Shown here piece by piece: positions 1-12,086 of a DNA stretch of 64,000 nucleotides (position 1 is the stretch's first letter; every line of letters begins with the position of its first letter). The stretch comes from Fistulifera solaris. Lineage: Eukaryota. Below the pieces are notes generated by a model, which searched no databases, was not told where the DNA came from, and was given only the letters and a program-made list of their open reading frames with translations. The translations under genes and the position numbers were made by a program. Location: NCBI GenBank assembly GCA_030295235.1, contig AP026127.1:1054001-1118000 (forward strand). The letters run 5' to 3'.

Positions 1-739
1 TATTGGCTCTCTTGGCTGCATCTGGATGAATAATCGTAATGGGGGATCCTGTATCGAGCAAGGCTGTGAGCTCGACATTGTTGATAGTGATTTGTATCAA
101 GGGAAGTTGTGTGATCGGTTGACGTTGTAGGGGAATCATTTGTAGCCCCTCCTTATCTGAAGCGTTTGTTTCACTGAGAAATCGGAATTGTCGATTCTCC
201 CAATCAAATTCGACGCCACCAGGAAAGCATTGCAAAAAGGCCAAACTGAGTACACCGGCGGCGGCTGGATTTGAAACTGGCAATACCGAAGCCGTCAGAT
301 CTATCATGAACAAATCAGGCCCCATACCATCAAGCTGTGTATCTCCCAAAAGGAAGGTTTCTCCACCGGGTATGGACCCTGTGGCCGATACACCTGGCAA
401 GGCAAATTGTCCTGTCGATTTCAATTGCAATTCGGTGACGACTGGTCCTTGAATTGTGTTCGTATTGGCGGCAGTATCTACCACAAAATCCAAACTAACA
501 CCGGTCTCATTTCGTGAGCGCTGTGATGTTGTACTCAAATTAGGAAACCTTAGAGCAAGGCAAGGATAAGGGCCAATGAATTTCAGAGGAGCGGAAACGG
601 CCATAATATCATGCTCCATTGAAGGAGGGCCCGAGAAGATTGCCAAGCCTGCCCTATTCAAACGTGTGACGAAAGCAGGTCCGAAAGCGAGAACGGGCGC
701 TATAAGATATACAATGTTTACGACGTAGAGGATACGCAT
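1..739 (-). CDS. Two-domain retropepsin-like aspartyl protease, probably plastid-targeted (5' part; runs off the window)
   Basis: Not in the ORF track. Manual translation from ATG 739 is open to the window edge: MRILYVVNIVYLIAPVLA-FGPAF (signal peptide + Phe), then FVVDTAANTNTI...AGVLSLAFL and a second ALLDTGSPITII motif, typical of tandem retropepsin domains. Confidence 0.75.
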   Translation of the reverse strand, partial: MRILYVVNIVYLIAPVLAFGPAFVTRLNRAGLAIFSGPPSMEHDIMAVSAPLKFIGPYPCLALRFPNLSTTSQRSRNETGVSLDFVVDTAANTNTIQGPVVTELQLKSTGQFALPGVSATGSIPGGETFLLGDTQLDGMGPDLFMIDLTASVLPVSNPAAAGVLSLAFLQCFPGGVEFDWENRQFRFLSETNASDKEGLQMIPLQRQPITQLPLIQITINNVELTALLDTGSPITIIHPDAAKRAN

Positions 740-1429
740 CTTGTGTTGTCTTGCTGGTGGTGTAAGTTTCAAACAGAATGGCTTTGTTAATTGTGAGATC
801 AATGTTATTGATGCGGCTTTTTTTATTGTGAGAAAAAATGCGAAACGCGTGTGTGACTCAGTCGTGTTGACTGGTGACTGTCGAGGGTGAGTCAAAATCC
901 TGACCGTTAATGACGATGTGGAAGGTCCATGATTGACCCTAGACTGAGAAAATCAAGAACCTAATTATTTTTCTAAGGATTCCTATCGACTTGATGTAAG
1001 TTAGCTATAACGCGGCTGGCGGAACTGGGATGGAAGCGCGTCAACGTACTTGCTAACTCGTCAAATCGAAGTTGGAAGCTAAAAGGCGGCCTTCACGAGA
1101 GCAATGTCCCACGCGACGAAACAGCAAAATCGGCATGGTAGCGGCAGCTTAATCAAATCTATCCCTTTAAGCTTTCCTTGCGATTTTAAAAAGAGCGATT
1201 GAAAGTTGTGAGGACTGATACGAATATTGGACTTCGATATTTGTGCATGCCCCAACTCATCATCAAAGTTGCTACGTTCGTGGTCAAATTCATACGATAC
1301 GCAATAGAATCCACAGGATCTAAGCAACAGAAGCGTTTGGGTAATTCAGCCAGCGATAAGATGTCAGCATCAGATTGTTGTCAATTGATTCAAAACAGAA
1401 ATTTTTTGTCGCTCGTAGTGCACACGTCC

Positions 1430-3089
1430 TCAACATACAAACTCCGTCGGATCATTTCCGATCGCGTCTTCCTCTCGTAACCTCTCCAGTTCTTCGCGAC
1501 ATGCTGGCCACAATCGTCCTGCAGCTCGCTCTTCCAGTTGCTTTACAAGAACTTCCACAGCACCGCCATTTGGTGGAACACCATGATGCAGAACATTAAA
1601 TGGCAACTCATCAGATGGTTCCCAGTAGCGGAACATGCGAGCAGCGCGTTCCATTCCACGGCGAAGTGATGAAATCTGTTCGGCTGTTACTTCCTGCAGT
1701 CGTTCCTCCAATCCGTATCCATGACACGTTGCGTTGTAGTGCTCGTGTTCGTATTCAGATGCATTCCAACGTAACGAAAACTCGCTCGGATCCAACCTCC
1801 ATTCATTCTCTTTGGGCAGATTTCGGCCGAAAACGGCCAAACAAAGTCGTGGGATAAAATCACCGGAATGCATCCAGAAAAGATAGCATCAAACATGCGC
1901 TTGGCGGAAGCGGTGTCGCCACCAGGGCAAGGACAAAATGTTGCCAATCTCATGGTGATCCAATAGGGTTGCTGCAATTGTTGACGCAAAGGTAGAAACG
2001 ATGGACTGCAATGCTTGTAGTCACGGTTCATGGCTTGTCGTAAAGGAACACATGCTCCATGAATGCCGGCTTTTAGCCAGTAAGCAAAGGGTCGTCCTTC
2101 TGGAACTGATACTTCGTGCGGGAAAGCTGCTGCTTGTATATGACTCGATGCACTCGACGAGTCGTCATTATGTTGTATGTTGAGACTGTAATTGCGCATC
2201 ACTTCTATCGCAATTCGATTCATCTCCCCGTTGAACTGGTTTCCGTCCGTGACAGGATACGGCAAAGGATATTTTTCCGTGAACAAGCGGGGTACTTTTG
2301 CACGAAACTAGTCGATAGTTCCACAGACAAAACAATGGGCGGATCGAGTTGTCGCTGAGTATGGATGAAATGATAACTTCCTCTCTTCCCTTTGGGGTGT
2401 GTCAATCCTTGTAGAGGCTCTGAGAAAATCAAAATATGATCGGCCCCGCCTCGTCGTTTCCAGTAATGACTCGTCAATCCAAATTGCTTTTCCCATGCTG
2501 CATATTTCGCTGAATCAGTTTCTTGTTCCGGTGAGTCCAGTATATTTAGAATGGCTTGTGCGTAGGGCGACGTTGCGTGCGATGGCGGTTTACCACGAAC
2601 ACCGGCATGAAATTCGACGCTCGGCAAATAGGGCACCAGGAATAATTCAGCTTCTTCCGGGTCATACGTACGCAAGCAGGAGTTGCGAAGCAAGTCGTGC
2701 ACAATGAGTTCCGTGGAGAATTGTGCCGTCATGCTGTGGGGATAATACTGCTCACGTGCTTCCCTTCGAATCACTTGAAGCACTTGATCCCAGGGGTACT
2801 GGGGGAAGCTAGTATTATTGTTGCTTTCATTTGACAGAATCGACCCACGCCATTCAGGTTCTCCCGGAGAAGGATAAACATAAACTTTCCGGTACAGACT
2901 TGAGGTTCGAAAGACGCATTCGTCGTCGAGTGTGTCCTGATTTGCCGAAGAGTCATCCGTCGTCAAAGGCAACCAAGCGGAACTAATTGAAGAAGAATTC
3001 GGTAAAGCAACTGGTTCGAAGCGAAAAAATATCGAGAACCAGAGAAACAGTAACACAACCGCTGCGAGAAGTCTAAAAGTGCGTTTCAT
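1430..3089 (-). CDS. Exostosin-family (GT47) glycosyltransferase, type II membrane protein
   Basis: N-terminal TM; motifs KVYVY, LRTYDPEEAELFLVPYLP, WKRRGGADHI, ATFCPCPGGDTASAKRMFDAIFSGCIPVILS. Split over three ORFs by 1-nt frameshifts near 2265 (CTTT run) and 1820 (GAAA run). Confidence 0.88.
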
Positions 3090-3716
3090 CTTTGCAGCAT
3101 TTGTGAAAACGGCAGGATGAAGCGTGCAATTTTGTTTTTGAATTACCGCTGTCCTTTGTCGTCTTAATCACTTCTAGCGCATGATAGGATTAAGTACATA
3201 TCGAGTCAATGTTATATATATCGTCCACGCGCTTTCGGATGTGTGTCGAACACTGTTATTATTTTGTTGCATTCATTGCGTTTTGTTGCGTCTTGTCTTT
3301 ATTGAGCGCCAAGTCGCCGGGACTGGAAATCAGTTGAGTCGGAGATTGTTTCCGCTACTCTCTACACTATAGTAAATGTTCATCTCATCATTAGGGAGTA
3401 TTATTATTATTTCATCACAAAAGGGGATGCGATTGCAAAATTTAATTGCGAGGCAATCCATGCTAACACCATCGTCAACAACTAAACCGGAATCTTCCAT
3501 GCTGCAGATCAGTGATCGTTCACGATACACGGATCGACAAGTTTCCGTTCTTTCCCGACTTAGCGCAAAGATGATTATTTGAGGAAGACCGAAAATGGCG
3601 GTTTAATTTCGATCGTCGAGCCCTGTACAAAAAAAAATTGTCATATTTCATATACATGTATTTATATCAATTGACCATTATACAGGCCAGGAGTCTATTC
3701 GGTGATAAGCGTTGTT

Positions 3717-4511
3717 TTAGAGCATGCTCTGTTCCGGGGCATTCATCGAGCCGTCTTGCATTTCCAGAACACTTGTAGGAGAACTAACGCCTGCTCCACG
3801 GGGATTCGACGGACGGTGCAAGCCTCTGGAGTAGTTGAAATAGAAAGCGGCAAGAGACGATGGCACTTCCGGTAGAACAGGAGAATGACTCTGTTGGGCA
3901 AAAGGATCAAAATTGTAGCACAGATTTTCTGGCTGCTGTTCGTCGAAAGCCGGATCAAAGTCGCTGTCGTCCTCTTGCAGAGAAACCAGTTCGAGAGCTG
4001 GTAGAAAGCTTCGACGCGGTCCAAACGCCGGAACAAAGCGATCTTTATTTCCTTCCGATCCTTCCGAAAAGAGAAGTTTCGGCATGAGAGGACACTTCTT
4101 CGAGAGGCGACTGCTTTCCGCGTCTCCCTGAGTTAAATAGCCGTCTGCGATGCAAATGTTTGCATCATGATTCACTTCACTAGCATATGCGGAAGTATTG
4201 ATAGCTTCAGATGACACGATTGGAAAGTCAATTGCACTTGGTTGTTTAGGATAAAATATCATAGAATCATGATCTCTGTGATCCTCGGGAATCTTAGCTA
4301 GCGTCTCGACGATTCCTTGAAGAACTTTCGTTTTCGTATTCGCAGTGTTTCTTGGGAAGTCTACTAACTTGTCCTTCCTCGGATTGCTGGAGTTCACGGT
4401 GTACGAAGTTTCGATGGTGAGCTTCAGATCGCCTCGATCTTTGCTTACATCGAGCATCGCTGGGCCCTCGAAAGGGACGGACGTCTGGATCACTTTGTTA
4501 TGATGATCCAT
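3717..4511 (-). CDS. Hypothetical protein (~264 aa)
   Basis: Long open frame, likely ATG at 4511 (MDHHNKV); no recognisable domain. Confidence 0.5.
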   Translation of the reverse strand: MDHHNKVIQTSVPFEGPAMLDVSKDRGDLKLTIETSYTVNSSNPRKDKLVDFPRNTANTKTKVLQGIVETLAKIPEDHRDHDSMIFYPKQPSAIDFPIVSSEAINTSAYASEVNHDANICIADGYLTQGDAESSRLSKKCPLMPKLLFSEGSEGNKDRFVPAFGPRRSFLPALELVSLQEDDSDFDPAFDEQQPENLCYNFDPFAQQSHSPVLPEVPSSLAAFYFNYSRGLHRPSNPRGAGVSSPTSVLEMQDGSMNAPEQSML

Positions 4512-6125
4512 GTGCAAACGTTTCGTAAAGAATGGACAGAGATTGCAACAAAGAATACCAGATGAACCAATTCGTGTGATACACCCGATGGAAAATGGGA
4601 AATGATAGAGATGAGCGATTGCACAGTGCAGAGAAACAGTCAAAGTGTGACCGAGAAAGTCTGGCAAGCCTGATTTTTCCTTCAAGCGAAGGGAAAAACT
4701 CTCGCAGATGCCTAAATTTCATCGTGCAACACTCCAAACCATACAACAGACGGATGGGGCCTTCTTTGACACCTGCCGCTCGAAGAATGACGATTGATGA
4801 TGAATCTTCAATCTTCTCACCCCAAAATTGGAACTTGCGAGTTGTTATTGGAAAGGCGACATTCTTCGCAAACTTCGGGGGAGAAAACTACGTACGGAGT
4901 ATTACATTAGGATAATTTAACTGCCACAGTTAACCACAAACCGTCATCCATAATACCTAAATCTGATCTCGGATACTTAACGTAAGTCATCATGAATGGA
5001 GTACTTTCTCCAAAGATCTTATCCCTATATCTTTGAATGATTAGTACTTATTGGATACTACTTCATTTTTCAGATAGTGCCCACAGATTATACAGTATAG
5101 CGGATACAGTAATCACGGGTGCTGGGAGACAGAAACAAGGAACTTGGACCTCTGTTTGACATTATTATTTGACCTGTTGACGACGCGACACCAGGCAAAT
5201 GTGAAAAGTTCAATTGTTGTTTAGATAAGATCTGTGACCGTGATGTGCGATTTGATTTGGGTCTTGGGCATGATGCATGATCTTGGGTTCGGTGGCTATC
5301 GGCGATGACGGTTACTCAGCGTCTCAGGTTTTACTCCGTAGCAGTTAGCTAGCCCTTTACCTTCTACAAGCTTCCCTACCTGGTACGCCCTTTGCTGCTT
5401 GGTCGAGGTGAATGTAGGACTTGAAAATTATCTTTCATTGTGTTGGATGCAGGAAGTCTTTGAGCGCAACGAACAAAACACACAAGACTAACTTCATGAC
5501 GAGGATCACGAATATCTCAAGGTCAAACAATGATGGAATCACTCCCATTCCGCTATCTGGTAAGTTGAGGCCGCTGTAGACTGGTAATGGAAGCCGGAAG
5601 GTGAGAAGCGGCCATATTCGCTTCATACTCACGGACGGGCATTACTTTATTACTCACTTAGCCTCTAGACTCTACTAGAGTTCATCTCGTGATTGTCATA
5701 GATCGTACTGCATGGTCCGCCGACTTATGGTACGGTACCTTAGCAGGTAATCTTCTTTGACTACCTTCCAGCTAAGAAGATAAGGCGTCGCCTTGAAGAG
5801 ATTGGACTAAAAAACACCCAAGTGGTGCATTGGTACCGGGGTGTATATGTACGATCCATCTTCCTGTAGTGAAGAAGTACCGTCTGACCTGTTTCTATAT
5901 CTTAGCGGTACTTATTCTAATTAAATCACCGAAGGACTGTAGTATAATAAGTAGCTCATGCGTTAGAAAAAATTTTTGGACGACTTTTTTCGAAAAGTGG
6001 AAGTCGTCGTCGGACTAACAAAATAATAATCACAAGGACGAACGATTGAAAAGAGACTTTTTTTAATAAAAAATAAAAAAACAATAGCGACAGCAACATC
6101 GTTGCTTGTTAATCAAGGAATAAGA

Positions 6126-7443
6126 ATGAAAAACATCGTGTTTTTATCAATTGCAGTGCTTCTGGCTTCGGCCACCTCGTCACTAGGCGAGGTCTTGGAG
6201 TTGATAGATGAACCTTGTCAAAACTATGAAGAAACGTCGGCGGCCCTGCAGGAGGCTAAAGCAGCATGGGTAGATCCTCAGTGCTATGATTTCAGCTATA
6301 CTTTTACAGGGTTTCAAGTCGGAGAGCCGGTACCACAAGCCGTACAAGTGCGGAATGGTGTGGCGGAGACTGGTAACAAAACGATGGATGATTTCTTTCA
6401 AATGATTGAATCGTTGTGTGTGGAAGGTTGCCCAGCCGAGGGAGCTGCTCGTTGTGAAGTAGAATATGCTCTCGAAGGGTATCCTATGAATATTTTCATT
6501 GACATCGACCAATATCAACCCGATAACCGAAGAGCATATACAATTGAAAATTTTGCGTTTATCGAATGTGACGGTGAAGAGAAGCCCACGGATGTTCCTG
6601 TCACGGAAAACCCGAGCGAAGAACCTCAAGAAACAACTGCACCAAGGTATGTTCATCTCGCTAAATTAATGCTTTTAACGACAGCATCCCTCTAACACTT
6701 TGTTTCCCCTAATAGTTCGGCTGTACTACCTGGTGACGAGCCGACAGCTATTCCAACTCAAGGGGCACCAGCGGATGAAACAGTTACCAGTATTCCCACT
6801 CAAATGGGCACCATTGATGAAACAACAACAATTAGCCCTACGCAGATGACTCCAGTGGACGAGAACGCAACAAATAGCCCAACTCTAGTAGCCACCACGA
6901 CTAGCCCGACGGCAATATCCACCACCAGCAGCCCGATACCAATCAACAGCACGTCAGATCTTGAGTCGCGATCGACAGTCGTCTTGAATGGATTCCGCAT
7001 TAGTCTAACACCTGACCAGGAAAATTCGCTAGACGATACGATGCTGGCCAACGTTATCACGGACTATTTACGGGGGGATCTGGAAAAGTTGGACGGCTTT
7101 CTCGATGTTCGACTTGTCACTATGGATGAGGATGTTGCAGGCCAGGCAGGAAGACAAGCGCAGCCATTTGAATCTCGCATGTTCTTTGGGAGGCCTTTTT
7201 GACGGCGAAGCACCGGAAGAGTCGGCTGTATTAGAAATACAAGATGCTGCATTATCGGACAATACAGGAATTCAAAAAGCGCTGGACGACGGTGGTGTCG
7301 ATGCTGTACTGGTTGAAACCGAAATTTACGAGAAAGAAAGTCTAGGGACGGAAGATCCTGCGGCGTCGGGGGCTGTGAGATCACGCTGTACGCATTTGCT
7401 CTCGCTCATCGCCGCTGCAGCATCGCTTTTCGTTGTTGTCTAA
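6126..7443 (+). CDS. Secreted, probably GPI-anchored surface protein with a DUF6174-like domain and a Ser/Thr/Pro stalk
   Basis: Signal peptide MKNIVFLSIAVLLASATSSLG; pattern AAW..P.CYDFSY...VQVRNG...TMDDFFQMI...VEYA.EGYPMNIFID resembles DUF6174. GT-AG intron 6647-6715 (CTAAC branch site) joins the next ORF in frame; frameshift near 7188; hydrophobic C-terminal tail. Confidence 0.72.
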
Positions 7444-7723
7444 CCAATAAAAATGCAATAAAGAAGGCATTTAGTTTTAGCAAAGTGGTAGAACTGCTTG
7501 GTTTTCTATTCCTTCGTAGCTCTAGCCTCTAGCCCTAACTATTTTCTAGCTGAGTCAATCGGACTGTCCGTGTTCCGTGATCTGACTTCGTAGTACCGTA
7601 TAATGACTATGACTGTTTGACTGTGACCGATGCTAAACAAGATGACTGCGACGACAAAAAATACGGAGTAATAGGTATCTTGAGTATTGCCATCATTAGG
7701 ATTGGCAGCACAAAGCGCATATT

Positions 7724-8140
7724 ATGGTCGTCAATATGTTAAAGCAGGTCTTGCTCATCCTTTGCTGCTATTCGATTGGCGTTGTGAACAGTCAATGTGG
7801 CTCGCAACAGGCTGTGGTGGAAAGCTGCTTTGCTGAAAAGTGCGCATCACAAAATTGTTCCGTGAAATACGATTTGACGGCGAATTTCACCTTTGAAGAC
7901 CTAGACAACGATGCCAAACTCTGTGATGCTTTTAATACGGCCATTTGTTCAACCGTTAGTTGTTGTTCTGCTTGCAGCGAAGAAACAAGAACGTTTGGTC
8001 AATGCACGCTCGATGCGAATTCGCAAGCTCTCAAGGATTGCGCTTTTGATACGTGCGGTTTGAACAGCGGAGGAGGGCCCGCTTCATCAGTGACAGGTGT
8101 ATTAATTTGCGCGTTGATGTTGATCCCTGGAATATTTTAA
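7724..8140 (+). CDS. Small cysteine-rich secreted protein, probably GPI-anchored
   Basis: Signal peptide, many Cys including a CCSAC motif, then NSGGG and a hydrophobic C-terminus. Confidence 0.7.
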   Translation: MVVNMLKQVLLILCCYSIGVVNSQCGSQQAVVESCFAEKCASQNCSVKYDLTANFTFEDLDNDAKLCDAFNTAICSTVSCCSACSEETRTFGQCTLDANSQALKDCAFDTCGLNSGGGPASSVTGVLICALMLIPGIF

Positions 8141-8401
8141 GGCATCAAGAAAGGGCTAATCGTTGGCCTATGGGGGGAAGAGTTTGATAGTTGGGACGAG
8201 TTTCATCTTAAACACCGATTTGGCGCGATATATGTCTCCATTGATATCTTTTCATGTGCTATTCGTCGCTCAAAGGTGAAAGAGGTTGATTCTAATTTCA
8301 CTTAATTTCAAATAAAGTAAAAGAAGTTACTGCTTGCGTCTGTCCAGAGGAGTAGGAGAACTATTCGCCATACCATTTGCTTCTCCCGTCGACCATTTAT
8401 C

Positions 8402-9994
8402 TTACTCTTTTCTCTTTTCGGTGTCAAGCTTATCTTGGGGCGTTCCTTGAACCTCATCCAATCTCTGGCCGGATTTGTCGCCCATGGTGTCGTCATTACT
8501 GTTGCCAAATGAGAACGTCTGTTTCATTGCCTCCTTGACTTCGTGCAATTTCTCGCCGATCTTTTCTGTGATACTCTCATCTTTGTCAACGCCTGTTTCG
8601 GTGCCCTGATACGTTGGCTTACTGTCGATAAAATCATGTCTCGTTTTATCATCCATCTTCTGCTCATTCTCATTGCCTATGGTGAATTTATCTTCGACAG
8701 ACCCGTCGGGAGAGGAAGAAAACGTCTCTTTGACGGCCCTCTCCATATCACTCATTTTCTCACTGACTCTGTCGCTTATATACTTGTCGTCGTTGGATGC
8801 AAATTCTTCTTCGGCTCTTCCCTTACTTTCCCTAGCTCTGTCCATCATTTGGTCGCCCATAGACTCGTTGCTGCCACTAGAAAAGGTCTCTTTCATCGAT
8901 TCCCCCATGCTGTTGAGCTTCTCGCCCATTTTCTCGCTCATAGTTTTGTCGTTGCCAGAAAACTCGTCCTCGGAAGCTTTATCCATTACTTGGTCGCCCA
9001 TGGAGGGGTCGCTGTCGCCACTGAAAGTATCTTTCATCGATTCCCCCATGCTGTTGAGCTTCTCACCCATTTTCTCGCTCATGCTTTTGTCATTGCCAAA
9101 AAATTCATCTTCGGCTCTTCCCCTGCTCTCCTCGGCTTTGTTCTTAACCTTGTCGCTCGTAGACTCGTTGCTGTCGGTAGAAAAGGTCTCTTTCATCGAT
9201 TCCCCCATGCTGTTGAGCTTCTCGCCCATTTTCTCGCTCATGCTCTTGCCATCGTCGGGGGTCATTTTGTCTTTAGCCATCTCCTTCATTTCATGAAACT
9301 TGTCCTTCACTTTTTCACCCATGCCTTTCTCATCGTCACTATCGCTGCTGCTCGTACCGCTGCTAGTGCCATCGCTGGTTCCGCTGCTCGTACCGCTGCT
9401 GGTGCCTTCGCTGGTTCCACTGCTCGTACCGCTACTCATGCCGTCGCTATCCGAGGACCCGTCGCTCACTGACCCGGCGACCTCCTTCAGCGTTTTGCTG
9501 TCTGTATGGCCAGTATTCTCATCACTATCGGGCGTAAGCGTGTCTTTGACAGATTGTTTCATGTCGTTGTATTTCTCGCTCATTTTGTCTTTCATACTGG
9601 GAGAACTGTCGTCGAGATCTTTCGGATCGGATAGAAACATCTCTGAGCTTACTTTCAGGTCTCCCTGGAAAGATCCGGGAGCTTTATCTCCAATTCCCTC
9701 GTACTTTTCAGAAGGAAACGTATCGAATAGAGTATCTTTGGTACCTTGGTACTTTTCTTTTGCTTTCTCGCCCATAGTCTTGTCATTGGGTTCGGAGGAG
9801 AATGTTTCCTGAACGGCTCTCTTAACCTCATTGAACTTATCACTGATTTTCTCGCGGAAATTCTTGTCGTCGCTGGAAAATGCCGCTCGGGATGATCGCA
9901 ATACTTCGCTGACACCATTTTGAAGGGCCAACAACGAGCGACGCTGGTGCGAATAACGGCCAGCCCGAGAGGATGCTCTTGCAATGAAAGACAT
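8402..9994 (-). CDS. LEA/hydrophilin-like repeat protein, probably mitochondrial
   Basis: ATG 9994 gives an Arg/Ser-rich presequence (MSFIARASSRAGRYSHQRRSLL); repeated KSMSEKMGEKLNSMGESMKETFS units; SSGT tetrapeptide tract; very hydrophilic. Confidence 0.7.
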   Translation of the reverse strand: MSFIARASSRAGRYSHQRRSLLALQNGVSEVLRSSRAAFSSDDKNFREKISDKFNEVKRAVQETFSSEPNDKTMGEKAKEKYQGTKDTLFDTFPSEKYEGIGDKAPGSFQGDLKVSSEMFLSDPKDLDDSSPSMKDKMSEKYNDMKQSVKDTLTPDSDENTGHTDSKTLKEVAGSVSDGSSDSDGMSSGTSSGTSEGTSSGTSSGTSDGTSSGTSSSDSDDEKGMGEKVKDKFHEMKEMAKDKMTPDDGKSMSEKMGEKLNSMGESMKETFSTDSNESTSDKVKNKAEESRGRAEDEFFGNDKSMSEKMGEKLNSMGESMKDTFSGDSDPSMGDQVMDKASEDEFSGNDKTMSEKMGEKLNSMGESMKETFSSGSNESMGDQMMDRARESKGRAEEEFASNDDKYISDRVSEKMSDMERAVKETFSSSPDGSVEDKFTIGNENEQKMDDKTRHDFIDSKPTYQGTETGVDKDESITEKIGEKLHEVKEAMKQTFSFGNSNDDTMGDKSGQRLDEVQGTPQDKLDTEKRKE

Positions 9995-10376
9995 GATTGA
10001 TAAAATTTTATTGAAGTTTATACGAAGCGATCGCAAGCTCGGTGTAAAGTGTAAAGAGACCTTAAGACGCTCAAGAGAAGGCAATTACTAAAAAAAGACG
10101 ACTCTTTTGCGAATGAATAGTAGGACGCCCTCCCGTGGAAGAATGAGCGTCGGAGCGCCGAACCTTCTTTTTCCTTCTCTTTCATGATGCGCTTCTCTTC
10201 TTTTCACGTACAACTCAGTTCCTTAGTTTTGAGAACGGCATAGAGTTGTTGAAATCCTTGTGGATGACAAAAGAAGAATGACAAGAAAAGCGCGGCGTGC
10301 ATCTTTATTGCGCTGGCTAAACACTGTTACCTCTGTGTCTCGAACACGTATTTCGGATAGCTCACCAATCTTGTTA

Positions 10377-11144
10377 TAGTCTAAAGTGTATGTTACCTTT
10401 TTCCAAGACCGGATTGCACCTTGGGTCATGAACGTGCTAAAATTGGTTGTTTACACAGAAACGCTGTTTGTTGATAAAAATCCGTCTCTAAACTATCTGG
10501 GAACAGCACGGAATCGTTGTATGATCCATAACAACGACATACAACGTTCCTTGAACGTGCACATAATTTTCGTGCGACGAACGCAACTGGTCCAGAATTT
10601 CTGGACCATCCACAGAATTTCTGTATGATTTCATGGCGATTTCCAGAATTTCTGGAATTTACACAGAAACGCTGTTTGTTGAAAATTTATGTCTCCAAGC
10701 TATCTGGGAACAGCACGGAACTCTTGTATGATCCATAACAGCGATGTACAAAGTTCCTGGAACGTGCACATAATTTTCATGAGACAAAACTTCTGGTCCA
10801 GATTTTCTGGCCTTCATCCAGAATTTCTGTATGATTACATGGCGATTTCCAGAATTTCTGGAATTTACACAGAAACGCTGTTTGTTGAAAATTTATGTCT
10901 CCAAGCTATCTGGGAACAGCACGGAACTCTTGTATGATCCATAACAGCGAGGTACAAAGTTCTTGGAACGTACACATAATTTTCGTGAGACCAAAACTAC
11001 TGGTCCAGATTTTCTGGCCTTGATACAGAATTTCTGTATGATTACATGGCGTTTTCCAGAATTTCTGGAATTTTCACAGTAGCGCTGTTTGTTCAAGACA
11101 AATCCGTCTCCAGATTGTTTGGAAACAGCGCGGACTTTAGACTA
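10377..11144. mobile_element. Putative non-autonomous DNA transposon (MITE-like) with short TIRs and TA ends
   Basis: TAGTCTAAAGT (10377-10387) and its exact reverse complement ACTTTAGACTA (11134-11144) bracket the 207-bp repeat array. Confidence 0.45.
10450..11137. repeat. Tandem repeat, ~207-bp unit, ~3.3 copies, palindrome-rich
   Basis: TTTACACAGAAACGCTGTTTGTT recurs near 10450, 10658, 10864 and (diverged) 11071; each unit has three CAGAATTTCTG-type palindromes. Confidence 0.92.
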
Positions 11145-11499
11145 GGTGTTTCACTGCACTGAATAAGTGGACAGTAAACTTCATTGGTAGTGCACACGTA
11201 GTTTTATATCGGCGCGAGTCGTCCTTGGTGCCCCATTTGATTTCACTGTAGCTCCAGAATGTTGTACGTATTTCTCCAGGACTGAATTTCAGGGTAGGTT
11301 GCGAGTCCGTCATCGGCGCAGCTCGCGGGGCACGCACACTTCAAACTAAAGACTAGCTTCAAAGAAGTTAGTCACCAACGCTGCAATCTATGTAGTACCA
11401 CGTACAATCATAGAGCACACTACAAACTAGAAAGACCTTTATTTGAAAAAATCCAGTCTACTACTTCTTATTTTTTTAACAAAATAGATAGAACGCCGG

Positions 11500-11895
11500 T
11501 CCCGAAACCAAAAGGAGCCCAACTCTTTACACGAGGAGCATGAAGAAAGAACACCAATTTGAGTCTCACTGCACCAAGATACCGAGCTACAGGTGATTCA
11601 ACACATGAGTCGCACCCGCAGACGGCACATCTGGCGTCTTAACGAGAGATATGGGTCCTAACTTCATTGCAACGCGAGAGTTGGCTTGCCCTCGCCTAGA
11701 TCCCAAAATCAAAAGGAGCCCAACTCTTGCACGCGGAGCTAGAAGAAAGAACACCATTTTGAGTCTCACTGCACCAAGTCACCGAACTACGAGTGATTCA
11801 ACACATAAATCACACTCGAAGACGGCGCATCTGGCGTCTTAACGAGAGAATGGGGCCCTACCTTCATCGCAACGCGAGAGTTGGCTCGCCACGCC
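11500..11895. repeat. Tandem duplication, 201-bp unit, 2 copies
   Basis: TCCC.AAA.CAAAAGGAGCCCAACTCTT at 11500 and 11701; homology continues to GCAACGCGAGAGTTGGCT in both copies. Confidence 0.9.
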
Positions 11896-12086
11896 TGGCC
11901 AATTGATTGGGTTTTGAAAGAAAAACACAGAAAAGATTTTGGATTCAAGAGTGATCGTACCTTGTCACGGTCGCTGCCAGTTATTCTATCGTCGAGTTCA
12001 ACGCAACCGGGATGCCAGCACCTCCTCATGACATTCTCTCATCCTCCGCTTTTCTGGCCCCAAGATCAATAAATCATTTTATTGAA

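Noticed and set aside
850..905. TGACTCA/TGAGTCA and TGAC clusters upstream of the protease gene
   Set aside because: Plausible bZIP-type promoter sites but too short to support from sequence alone.
5270..5670. Possible decayed ORF with stops explainable by C-to-T changes
   Set aside because: Six stops in about 135 codons is what random sequence gives, and no protein motif was recognised.
8543..9812. Long plus-strand ORFs opposite the LEA-like gene (also 23113-24151, 12259-13071 and similar shadows)
   Set aside because: Antisense shadows of repetitive, biased coding sequence with no domain signal.
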